From Piedraia hortae CBS 480.64 (lineage: Eukaryota): DNA of 64,000 bases. The notes beneath the pieces were generated by a model. It was not told the DNA's origin. It ran no database searches and worked only from the letters and a program-made list of their open reading frames with translations. Location: NCBI GenBank assembly GCA_010093745.1, contig MU006001.1:62001-126000 (forward strand), read 5' to 3'. This document shows, in pieces, positions 45,453 through 56,566 of the stretch (positions are counted from its first letter, which is position 1; the number at the start of each line of letters is the position of its first letter). Both the position numbers and the translations under genes were made by a program.

Positions 45453-46748
45453 TCGTGCTCTGGATATATACCGGCCTTTCTAAAGAGGCAAATCTCCGAG
45501 AACACTTGAGACTATGGAATACACAGGGCGTCACAGCATTGCCCACATTTTAAGATGGACTTAGATCAGAATGTGAAGTATTTCTTTGTGTATGAAGGAG
45601 CGTGTGTGACTTTGAACTACTTGCGGAGAGTTTACGTGCATGCCCCGTGGACCCACTCTGGGTCGGACCGCATTCGCCCAGGTCACGCGCTAGCATCGCA
45701 AGGAGAAACTCTCTTGTGAGGTAGCAAACATTGCGAGGTCTTTGATACCAGACAACCCTCACGGATTCGACGCCAAACTCTTAATACAATATATTCTCCT
45801 TTCCGACTTGAATGAACAACTTGAAGATCCTAGCCCTTGGCGATGACTAATTTCATAAACTTAGGTAGCGCGAAACTCTGGCATTTGAATGAATCTTCTT
45901 TCATGATTATGCCTATTCCAAACCCGATCGTGGACAAGTTTGGGAGAGATCTCGCAAGAGGAGCCAGACTCCGCGCACGAGAGATAGGTTGTACAATTGC
46001 AGAATAAGAATCAATGGCGCTCTCTGTTGGCATGAGGCCTCTTGCTATGAGCACGTTGGCATATCGCTGCATTTCCATTGACATGTAATGTTGCGATCCT
46101 GGTTCGTTCGAGCAAGACCTGTTGTGTAACACCATTGTGGTACACTGGTATGCAGGTTGACAAGCTGTGTTATGATCATCCCCAACAGGGAAGATAAGCA
46201 CGCATGGGGTTCAGCCCTAATTAATAGAGGCCCCTGTGATAGAATCAATCTGTACTGCGACGGAACTGTACACCACGCTGGTTACACTCTCTCGATCTGT
46301 TTCCATTTGTGCGCATGACGCCAACTCACTGAACATCACGTACATTCTCGCTCAATCTGTTCCTTCAACAGGACTGCGGTCCTGGCGGAACAACCGAGGT
46401 AACTAAACCTATCTACTTTTTGAAGGCAAAGGCCCGATTCGTCCATAGATGTGAAAAGCAGCAACAGGAATAAGCTCTCGCTGTATACATTACAAAACGT
46501 CAGGCGTGTGCTGCGGCTAGCGGATGTCCATTGAATGCTGCATGTTTGGGAAGAGTTGTAATTCTGCAATCGATGCGTACCAGCCTGCATTGTGTATGTA
46601 TATTATGACAGCTCACATGATAAACAAGCTTCGTGTCGAGTCAAGCTCCGAGCGCCACTTACTTAGCAGTAATGCACGTAATCATTCGGGCATTTAACAC
46701 AAACAAAAGCATTTGCAAGCCATTACCAACAGCTCCAGGCTTGGCGCT

Positions 46749-49700
46749 CTAGCCTCTTCCTTGGATTTGTTGCCGAAGCCAGCAAGAAGCGACATCGACA
46801 TATCTTAACTTGGTCAATAGTCGAGGAGTGCTCTGTTGCAGAAGCCTGATGGTTTGCTTATTGTCACACGCAGTAAACGTGTCCGTCTTCGACAGATTTA
46901 ACCCGATTGACTTAATGAGCCGAACAATTTGAAACTGTCGGCCCACTAAATTTTGCAGGGCATAAAATTCTGCCTCCGTACTTGGGGTGGTGACAATATT
47001 TTGCTTCTGTGAGCCCCAGTCGATCGGCGTCTCAAATAATTCAATCAGCCACCCTTGCGTAATTTTTCTGTCCACTGGATCATCGGCAAATGATGCATCG
47101 CCGAATGACTGGATTTCAGGTACATGCAGCGAAGGGGGTCCGAACTTTAGGGAGTAGTCCGCCGTCGATTTTAGGTATGCCAAACAACGATATGCTTGTT
47201 TTAAATCACCATTTGTCGGTTTATGCGCTTTTCTTTCCAGCATCCCAACTGTGTATGCCACGTACGGTCTTGTTGATACTGCCGCATATTGAATTGACCC
47301 GACAATCTGCTGATACAGGGTGCGGTCCGCCGGATCATATCTAGTTCCTTCCTTTGCTACGCTGCTAGTCCGGATCCGAGTCTCATCCTTCCCACTTGAT
47401 TTCAAGAACTTTGTTGCGATCTTATCGATATAAACTGTTTGATTGATGAAAATCTCTCTTTTTTGTCTGTCTCTTTTGATTTTCAGTCCCAGGAACCAAT
47501 CAAGTTCACCTAGAGAGCGAAGCTCCACCTTTTTTGCCACTGCTTTGAATAGTTGAATCGCCTCTGCTTCGTGACGTTTGTGGTAGATTGCAACGATGTC
47601 ATCGACATAAAAGAATACCGTGGCTCTCTTCCCAACAAACAGGCATGGCTCTTCAGGCGCGCTTCTAAGCCCGAACGCTGTGAGGATCTTGCTCAATGTG
47701 TCAAAACATAGCTTAGATGACGTCCTCAAGCCATACAGCGCCTTACGCAAACGAAGAATTTGACCTGTTTTATGGAATCCAGGTGGGTTGCGAACATAGA
47801 CGGTCTTGGTCATCGGTGCATTTACAAACGCATTCACTGCGTCAAATTGAGCGGCCTCAAGGCCGCAGGCTGCAGTAATGCTCATTAGAACTCTGAACAC
47901 TTTGGCGGCCAGTGTAGCAGAGTATGCATCGTCCTTTGTCACCGGCTGCATATCTCCCCTTGCGCAGAGTCTTGCCTTAACTTTCTCCAGACAATCGTTG
48001 CTATCCATTTTATACATAAAGACCCATCTTACTGGGAGGGCCGGTTGCTTTACGTCCTTCTCTTGACAAACCTCAAAGGTGTTCTTACCCCAAAGTGTTT
48101 CGTATTCCGCCCTTGCTGCTTGGCGAAACTCCCTTTCGAATGGATGGTGTTTAAGGTTGTGCCAGTGCTCTGGTGGGGGGGTGGCAAGTTGGAACGGTGG
48201 GGTTTCTCCGGCTTGCACCTTATTCCGGTGAAAAAAGATCGATAGTAGATAACCGATGTTGCAGAGCTCGATAATGTTTCATGGAAAGCTGCTCGACTTT
48301 TAACCTTCTGGGAGAATATGTTGAGCATTCAGATCAGACTGTCCAACGAGAGTCCCCTTTACCAGTTCCAGTTCCTCATTTGAGTTTGTAGAGATTACGT
48401 TTGATGTGCGAGACAATGTAGCAGGCGGTGTGATAAGCGTTTGTTGTTCGTCATGAAGATCGAAAGGCATCACCTCAGTGTCAAAGTCTACTGTACCCTC
48501 TTTCTGTGCCTTGGCGGAGACATGTTCGAGGTCTTGAAAATCGACGTCTTCTTCAATCTTGTCAAGTACAAGCTCAACAGTCTTCCGATCTTCTATTGAT
48601 TGGTGTGGCTCTCGGGTATCGTAAAAGCACTTTTCGTTGAACCATACGTCTCTGACTTTGACTACCCTGTCCAGTTGTGGCAGCCACACGTCAAAGACGT
48701 TTCTTGCGGTGACCCCGACAAAATAACCGACCATCGCTTTTTCTTGTAGTTTGTTTAGCTTGGGGATATCTTTCTTTAACACGTATGCCTTGCATCCTGG
48801 AACCCTGAGCATAGAATTGTCAGGCTTCTTGCCATGCAACATCCCATATAGCGTTTTCCAGCCTAGCTGCCGTTTCGGGGTTTTATTACGAATTCACGCA
48901 GCTAATTCGTACATTTTTGGCCATATCGATTCAGGGATTTTGGATTGGCACATTAGTGCCCTAGTTGCAGTCGTCAAGACACCGCCAGCTCGTTCGGCAA
49001 CAAAATTGGCCTCAGGGGTTTTTGCTGGAGACACGGAGAGCATAATGCCTTGTGAACGGATGTAAGTCTTGGTATCCTCATCAATTGATCTTTCTCCATC
49101 AGTGAACAACTTCGATGGGCTTGTTCCGTGTGGTGTTTGACACCAGGCGATAAACTCTCTGACCACTCGTTGAATTGCTGATTTCCTTGAGGTACACCAC
49201 ACCATGTTGAATTTGGTATACGGATCAGTAAAATGGATCCCATAGCGATGTCCATTGAATGCTTTCGGAAATTCCGTGATGTCAAGGTGGACACTGAAAA
49301 GGAGCTTTGGTGTTCGCTCTCTAGAAGCCCTGTTCACTATATTCGTGCTCTTGGCCATAACACATGGCTCGCAGTCCGTGTAGTATGGGGCCGGAAGAGT
49401 GTTCAAGACTCCGATACATGAGGTCGACAGTTTCGGTAGAGCCTCCCCGCCTATATGCCCCATCCGAGCATGCCAATCTGGAGTTGGGGCTTGTGGGGTT
49501 GCTGCCGAGCAGATCCCGCGGCCCTCGGTTTCCCTAGTCTTAGCGGCTTCCAGGTAATAGAGCCGACATTTTGCAAAGATCTTTGCGTAGTCCTGATTGC
49601 CACAAGTGAGCATCCGGCGTTTTGGATCTTCCCATACACCTTTAACTTCTAGTAAATGGCGAGCGACTATGTTAGTCTCCATGTCCGGCACGAACAGTGC

Positions 49701-50420
49701 ATTTTGTAGTTTTATTGCTCTGGGTCGGTCTTCTGGGTCTGTCAAGGTAACTCTTGCCGTTCCAGCACCTCTAACTTCCTTTCCGCTCTGAAGGTATGTC
49801 TTTTGGGATACCTCTTGTATAGGACCCTCGAATCTGCTCTGATCGTTGATTACATGAACTTCCGATCCTTGATCGAGTATGACACTGTCGCGCAAACATG
49901 CTTCACCACGGTGTGCAGAAATACATGTCGCAAAAACCGTCGGTAATTCTTGATTAGAATTTTCACCTGGTGTGTTTAAACTCTTATCATGTCGATTGGA
50001 AGAGTGCCACTTGACAATTTTTTCACACCTCCTCTGCACGACTGGAGGTAGTTTGTTGAAGTTCCTCTTGACTTGTTCTTGGACCGTTGGGCTTAGGGTT
50101 CAATTACTTTCAAGATTGAACTTGTCCTTCAGATAATCACACACTCTCCAATGATCAACTTCGCCGCATAGGCACGGCTGAGCCTGCCTTTTGTTTTTTT
50201 CCCAGATCCCTTGCGTCATCTGGTCGTGGCCTTTTGTTATTGTTTTCTGACTGTTTGGGGAGAATCTGTTCACCCTTGAACGTCGCGAAGGTGTTTCTTG
50301 ATAACGAGGAACCTTTGGTACCATGAAGAGCATTATCTGCCAACGACGACCCCAAGGCCTGGACCAATTGCTCGATAGTAGGACGAGTCTCAACATGCGA
50401 CGGCAACGATTCTTGAGGAC
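46749..50420 (-). mobile_element. Decayed Ty1/copia retrotransposon internal fragment (gag tail-PR-IN-RT-RNase H); no LTRs found
   Basis: Knuckle CLCGEVDHWRVC, PR ILDQGSEVHV, WHARMGH/CEPC, IN VHLD..TDGE..AER, RT KARLCARG..LRKALYGL..FYVDD, RH DASFAD..STEAE..CDN, in copia order. In-frame TGA at ~50100 and ~48895; frameshifts near 50197, 48300 and 48175. Confidence 0.93.
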
Positions 50421-50713
50421 TTTAAATGCACCGAATCGGAAAATGTAGGCTACAAAAGGCTACAGTAGAACGTTTGCTCCCTTTTCTTTCAACAAAAACA
50501 GGCTTGCCTCCCTTACCATCGGACGAAGTGAGGATATCATCCAGCGTGATGTAGGAGAGCAGTAGTTCCCCAACAGATGAGTTTGTAGGGGGATCCATGG
50601 CGGACGCTCTTTTCTTCTATCCTAGCGTGTACCCACGCTTATGGTATCCTTTGCTGTTCAACACCATCCTTGGCCTCTTTTTCCACAAACTGTCTCCTTT
50701 TCCCCTTTGTTTA

Positions 50714-50894
50714 CAGTCTACTCTCGCTGTAACGGTACCCGCTATAACAATAATCGCACTAATGACGAGGAGGTCCGCAAAATTAGTGGCCTGTATAGGT
50801 TAACAGTACTGTAGCAACTTTCGCTTTAAGAACATTACGTTACAACGATGCTCGTATTGTTGCTCCACTCTAACGCTGTAGCGAGGGTCGACTG
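50714..50894. mobile_element. 181-bp Tc1/mariner (pogo/Tigger-type) MITE with TA target duplication
   Basis: TA|CAGTCTACTCTCGCTGTAACG ... CGCTGTAGCGAGGGTCGACTG|TA; 16/21 identity between ends; related internal motifs CGCTATAAC (50740) and CGTTACAACGA (~50838). Confidence 0.75.
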
Positions 50895-51683
50895 TATAAT
50901 TTTCCAACTTTCGTCTAACATCTCCCAGAATTCACTCGTCAGTACAACCAGGACTGTTAACGAACCTATAAAGAAATCTTGGCACTTTTTCTAGCCCCAG
51001 GCACCATTTCACCACCAAACTAGGCGGGATCGATAGTTGGCAACTGAAGCCTGTGGCCAAAAAGGCACCAAGAGATTGTATCTGTTTTTGAACGGCCTTG
51101 AGTACAACATGACGTTCAAAAACAAGCAGCTCGGGACGCGCAAGAAAGGAAGACAGACAATGCCACCGGGAAGACAATCTTGCAGCGCCAAAGTAGGTAC
51201 CTAGACTACGTAGTCCCGAGACATATAGTCTCTTGCGGAGCTCCACAAATATTTATGCCATAGGTTTGGCGTTTCAAGGTCCAGAAAAGTCACGTGATAG
51301 CGGCACGACCCGTTCAAAACGAGTCGCCGTCGCCTTTCTGTTGCGAATATGCAGTATATTACGCGTATTATTAGTATTCGGCGCTCGGCTCTCGACTTGT
51401 CGTGTCAACTAGTTTTTTCTGTACAGACTTGTATACATACTGGTACATATATACTCACAATTATAACATTTTCTCTTTACGCGTTATTTCAGTCAGGGCG
51501 AGGCAATATAGCGCACACTGCACGGCCCTGACAGCCTCAGAAGCGACAAAGTTTTTGCATCCCATTACCACCAACTCTAGCATCGGTACTTCTGTCAACC
51601 CTTCTAGTGTTGGGGACGGTACTTTCAGTCCCTCCACACTCTTGGTTTATGCCGACCTCCGAGATCGTTGGACCGATTTGACT

Positions 51684-53072
51684 ATGAACTTTGCGGAGCG
51701 TTTGAGACTGCATTTCACGCGGGCAAAGCCTGGCGTTGATGAATCAACTTCTCCCAGTCTCCAATCTCGCAGGTCCTCCTCTAGTACGACCCGGGAAGGG
51801 TCACTACACGAACCTTTCGAGACGTTTAAGGACAAGATTCGAGCACTAACCAAGAGCATCGGAGTATTTGAAAGCATATCGCTGCAGCATCATAAGGGAG
51901 GGAGCTTTAACCGAGTTGTAATTGCTCATTTGACCAAGAGTAAGCAGGCTATTCGTGGGATCTACCGCATATCGCGGCTTGGAGAGAGGCCATGTGAAGA
52001 GTATGTATTCGAGGAATCGCTTGGTCACGAGGTTCAGGATCAAGTGGCAGTGCTGCAGCTGTTGGAAAGGCGCAAAATCCCTGCGCCTAAGCTCTTGGCC
52101 TTCGACGCAGGCAGGGAAAACCCCTTGTATTGTCGCTATATTTTTGCAGAATTTTCCTATGGCATTTGTCTTCAAAGCATTTTCGACAATATGACTCTAC
52201 CCGAAAGATTGAACGTTGTTGATGGCCTGTTAGAATTCCTACTCGCTGCGGAAGGCGTTACATTCACCCGTCCTGGAACTCTGTGTGCATCTAGACAGCC
52301 AGATATGGCGACAAAGGGCTCGTGCTTTTTTGACACCAAACTACCCGAGCTCCAAGTTGAGATAGAGGCTTTCCAGACGTCCCAAGACGTTCAATTGGCT
52401 GATTCTTTAGCAGATTTGATGTCCAGAATGCTCAAAGCCAAGGTTGAAGGAAAAGAAGTTTGGTCAGGCAATCGCCTTCTCGAGAAAGTCTACAATATCA
52501 GCATTAAGATGAAAGAGCATGGCGTCTTTGATATTCCACACAAGGCCAGTGTATCAACTTCGTGCAGCATTTTGCATCACTGGGACATGTTCCCGCGAAA
52601 CATCTTGGTCATGCGGCCGAACTCTGATCAAGGCTGGAAGGTAGACATGGTCATCGATTGGGATAATGTGCGAGCCGTGCCAGCAGTGCTTACGCGGCGA
52701 CCGCCTTATTGGTTATGGGACCGGACAGATAGGGATAAGATGACCCACGTCAGAAGCGACGCTAGAGGTCACAGTGACGCTGGTCTTCTTGATCCTTCGC
52801 GATATCATCCTGGAAATCGAAGGCTTTCGACCGAAGATCAGCAAATCCGCAGCTATTTTGAGGGGTGGTTAATTCAGGGTCTTGGGAACATCTACAAAAG
52901 GTACAAAAAGGATGATTACTATGAGGAGGCCTACGGTAAAGGACGTTGGGTTCGTCGCATCGCACGCTTCACCTTTGAGGAATGGGAGAACGAAAACATA
53001 CCAATAATTGCGCATCTCGAAGATGATTGGGCAACATTCAAGCGGGGCCATCCGGTCAAGCCCCCAAGGTGA
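51684..53072 (+). CDS. APH/choline-kinase-like phosphotransferase
   Basis: GGSFNRVV, IPAPKLLAFD, LHHWDMFPRNILV, VIDWD; frame is open further upstream, first convincing ATG at 51684. Confidence 0.82.
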   Translation: MNFAERLRLHFTRAKPGVDESTSPSLQSRRSSSSTTREGSLHEPFETFKDKIRALTKSIGVFESISLQHHKGGSFNRVVIAHLTKSKQAIRGIYRISRLGERPCEEYVFEESLGHEVQDQVAVLQLLERRKIPAPKLLAFDAGRENPLYCRYIFAEFSYGICLQSIFDNMTLPERLNVVDGLLEFLLAAEGVTFTRPGTLCASRQPDMATKGSCFFDTKLPELQVEIEAFQTSQDVQLADSLADLMSRMLKAKVEGKEVWSGNRLLEKVYNISIKMKEHGVFDIPHKASVSTSCSILHHWDMFPRNILVMRPNSDQGWKVDMVIDWDNVRAVPAVLTRRPPYWLWDRTDRDKMTHVRSDARGHSDAGLLDPSRYHPGNRRLSTEDQQIRSYFEGWLIQGLGNIYKRYKKDDYYEEAYGKGRWVRRIARFTFEEWENENIPIIAHLEDDWATFKRGHPVKPPR

Positions 53073-54611
53073 CCACTTTGTGGCATACCTGGGCCCTGCA
53101 GAATGACAGTAACCGAGGCGTGGCGGAAGAAGATGCTTGGATATGCTGGCCGAACTTCACGAGCCCGAGACAACCTCCCCATACGTTGGAAGTGTTCGAA
53201 GATGCGTGAATTGTGGCCATGCTAATCGGCCGTGCTACCCGAAACACCAGGAGGCACATAGGAGTGACCGCAAGAAAGCTAATTAGATCTGGTTTGCTTT
53301 GCTTGTTTTTGTATTTTTATAGTCTCCGCATTCCAATGTGTATATTCTACCCTTTACCTTAAAAGTCTCTCCCATGATACACTGCCGACCGAACTTGTCC
53401 AGCGCTCCCAAGCCCATCACGCCTATCTTGTCTAGCGATGCATCCAATCATTTAGATACTGCCCTGCAGTACGCTAAGTGCAAGAGGAAGCTTCTGAGGA
53501 ACGCGTTTTCTATCTACTGTATAAGGCAAAACGCTCAGCGCATCGCGAGAACCATGGCGGTGAAGCCTGACGAAGGTGTCATGTAAACCCATATTTCAAC
53601 CGACGTCCTCCATCTTGGGGAGGACTCTCTTGATATTCCAGCAGGCCTCTGCCCAAGGCCTGATACTCTAAGCCAAGGCAAGAGCAGAAAACGAATCCCA
53701 AACTCAAAGCATCCAAGTATGCCAAGCATGCCAAGTACACATGCATCGAAACGCGCAGCCAACAACACACCATCTCCACCACATGACTTATAGTCAGTGC
53801 CCTGCGTCTATTGGCTTGGCGAAGGTCTAGTGTTAGACGTCCCATTCATGACAAACAAGCCGTTTTTCCAACACACAAAAGCTTGAAGGGAAACCTCCAC
53901 ACTGGGTTCGCACCTTGGCAGGGACGCAGAAAGAAAAAAAAATATCCTGCTCCCAATAACAAGTGGTTGATAACTCTCATCAGTCGTTAACGACTGGTAA
54001 GTAACCCAGACTATAACCCCATCTCAAGGGACTTCATTCACTAATGCGGTGAAAAGTAACGGCAAATACTGTATGGACAGCGTGAGGCTAGCCTGGACGG
54101 GAAGAAGTTTACTCCGAACAGGACACATAAAGTACCCCCACCTAAAAGGAGAGCCGTGTTCTATTAAGCAGCGGCACCTCACAGGTGTGTTAGTATACAC
54201 GCGTATCTAGAGCTACAAGAAAATCTTTTTGAGTACTTGAACCCTGGTCAGGGATGTGGGTCATCACCTGCGGATCGCTCCGTGGCGAACTGCACAACAA
54301 GCCGTGCCAAAAGTGGAATTAACACATGAAGTTTCTTTGCCAAGAAACTTAATTCACCAATGCGTTACAAGGCCCTGGTACCGAAGATGGGGAGCAGAAT
54401 CTAGGAACAGAGGAGATCGAAAAAGACAACAGCGATAAGTAACTAAGTCACATCGAGAAAGTCTTTGGATGCGGTACATAGTTTGCTCCAAAAGATCCCC
54501 TCCTGCGGCCGGGAAACTGATCAAACGCACCGAGACGTCTCTAATTCTTTACACAGAAAGTCACCCGGACAGAGCACTACCAAAGCAAGTCAGCAACAAG
54601 GTTATCCCAAC

Positions 54612-56396
54612 CTACACCCCCTCCTCCTCCTCCTCTTCTAACGCCCTTGACCGTGCCAAAGTCCACATATTCTCCATTTTATTCCTTCGCAGAGCATCTC
54701 TAGCCTCACCGTCCGTCTCACAAATCTTCGAACCCCATCTCTTGAAGCCTCTCGTCGCCACACTGCCCTCCCAAATCAACCTACAAACATTTCCGCTCAA
54801 ATCCTTCATCTTCCCCTCATCATCAACAGGCGAAATCCACTTCGCCGTCCCCTCCTCCTCCGCATGCGCCACAAAAGTCGTCGACCCGCCCGTCGCGTTC
54901 AGGGGTAGGACATTTTCCTCCCACCTGACCCTACTCAGCAGCAACTTCTTATACTTCTTGATCGAATGCGCACCCCCCTCAACAAGCACGAGGTTCATCT
55001 CCGGATTGAGAATCACAATCCCCGTGAGGGCGTTCTGCTTTGCATTGATATCGACCAAGTAGCGATGTTTCCCAGAACAGAGGCTTTTTATGGCGAAGAC
55101 GGCGACGAAGACGCCCTTGGCCTCGTCGGCAGCTTGTTGAGATTGGAGTTTTGCTGCTCGGGCAGAGGGGGAGAGTTGGCGCTCCGCGTTTGCGGCCTTG
55201 TGTTGCTCGGCACGCTGAGCGATTTGTGCGTTGACGAGCGTCTGGACGGCAGTGGGGTCTTGTATTGCTAGGTCCCCGTATATGCGCATCATGTTGGATT
55301 TCTTCGCCTTCGGCGGTGGGGGTTCAACCAGTCCGAGCCGGATCTTGGCTTGTTCTTCCTTCATGTCTGCCGTGCGGCGCTGGCGGCGGAGTTTTTTCTG
55401 CTCTTTTGTCGTGAGGGGTAGGGGTTTCAACCCGGGCGTGAATTTCTCTTGAGGCGGTTGGAGAATGACGGGGTGTTGGACTAGAGCCGTGATGATGCTG
55501 TCTGGGGTGGTGATTTTGTAGTCCCCCGAGGGGGAGATGAGGCCTTCGTCCCACCATTCGGTTTCAGGAGGCAAAGGGACAAGGAAGGCTTTGTCGAGCT
55601 CGACTTCGATGGCGTGTTTGCGCGCTTCCTCGGCAATGCGAAGTTTCATCTGCTCCAGCCGGGCTTGGTCACGGAGCGCTCGCGCCTGCGCTTCGAACTT
55701 GCCTTTTTGGTTGAAGACCAACTGCCGCGACTTGCGCTCCCCGGGCTTCTTGGTGGTTAGGCTGGGGTCATGGTTCTGAGGCTCCGGGTCGGAGTCGGGG
55801 ATGCTGAGGTAGGGATTTGCGGCTGCCTTGTCGGGCCGGGGTTTCGGTGCCGTCTTTGGTTTGGGTGCAACATCTCCCAGAAGACTGGGATGGAGCCCTA
55901 CCGCTAGTCCTCCCCTGGCTGTGTTGCTCTCTTCCGTACGGCGTGGCGCAAGTCCCAGACGCTGCTGCTTGTCCAGCCGTCGGTTCACCTCTGCCGTTCG
56001 CCGCTCCAGCTCTGTTTGTTGCTTCACCGACGGAGATGGAGCAGCCGCAGCAGGCGCACCTCTGTTCTTCGCCGCGAGTTTCGCTTTGATCTCTTCAATT
56101 TGCCTCTGCGCTTTGGCCTTTTTCGATTCCAAGTCATCTTCTGGGGCTGGGGGTGGGACTGGCGTTGATGCTGAAGGTGGAGGTGGAGCTGATGTTGATG
56201 CTGAGGTCGGATCTGGCACTACAGCTGGTGTTGTTGCCTTCTTTGCCGCAAGTTTTGCCTTGATGGCCTCCATTCTCGCTCTCGTTTCGGCGCGTTTGCG
56301 CTCTGCTTCCGCCTCTTCACCGTCAGCCGACCGCAGCCGCTTCGCTTCTGGCGTTTCGCTATCCATCGGAGGCGGCCGTTTGCTCATGGTCGCCAT
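54612..56396 (-). CDS. PRP3: U4/U6 snRNP protein Prp3
   Basis: FNQKGKF, PETEWWD, VQHPV, LTTKEQKKLRRQRR, KIRLGLVEPPPPK, VEGGAHSIKKYKKLLLSRVRW, CRLIWEG. Confidence 0.94.
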   Translation of the reverse strand: MATMSKRPPPMDSETPEAKRLRSADGEEAEAERKRAETRARMEAIKAKLAAKKATTPAVVPDPTSASTSAPPPPSASTPVPPPAPEDDLESKKAKAQRQIEEIKAKLAAKNRGAPAAAAPSPSVKQQTELERRTAEVNRRLDKQQRLGLAPRRTEESNTARGGLAVGLHPSLLGDVAPKPKTAPKPRPDKAAANPYLSIPDSDPEPQNHDPSLTTKKPGERKSRQLVFNQKGKFEAQARALRDQARLEQMKLRIAEEARKHAIEVELDKAFLVPLPPETEWWDEGLISPSGDYKITTPDSIITALVQHPVILQPPQEKFTPGLKPLPLTTKEQKKLRRQRRTADMKEEQAKIRLGLVEPPPPKAKKSNMMRIYGDLAIQDPTAVQTLVNAQIAQRAEQHKAANAERQLSPSARAAKLQSQQAADEAKGVFVAVFAIKSLCSGKHRYLVDINAKQNALTGIVILNPEMNLVLVEGGAHSIKKYKKLLLSRVRWEENVLPLNATGGSTTFVAHAEEEGTAKWISPVDDEGKMKDLSGNVCRLIWEGSVATRGFKRWGSKICETDGEARDALRRNKMENMWTLARSRALEEEEEEGV

Positions 56397-56566
56397 GTTG
56401 TCGTCAAGGGAGAGGCGGCTTCGGGTGGGCTGACCGGGGTTAGGTTTGTCAGCCGTTATTACGCTAACCCTACTGTCGCGACTTTCCTGATCTAGACTAG
56501 CGTCGCTCACCAACAAAAATTATTCCAGACACCAAACTCTATGCACTATTAACGAACCGTCTCGCC

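Noticed and set aside
45453..46748. 3' LTR of the copia element or a gene
   Set aside because: No direct repeat with 50420-51350 seen by eye; the short ORFs have no recognisable motifs.
50100..50102. In-frame TGA between gag knuckle and protease as programmed read-through
   Set aside because: The element has many other lesions, so a TGG>TGA mutation is simpler.
53800..53930. tRNA-like pieces (GTCTAGTGTTAGAC, GGGTTCGCAC); also A-box-like TGGTCTAGTGG at 62410
   Set aside because: No cloverleaf with correct spacing and no proper B-box.
53981..53996. Perfect 16-bp palindrome CAGTCGTTAACGACTG
   Set aside because: About one is expected per 64 kb (64000/4^8), and there is no supporting context.
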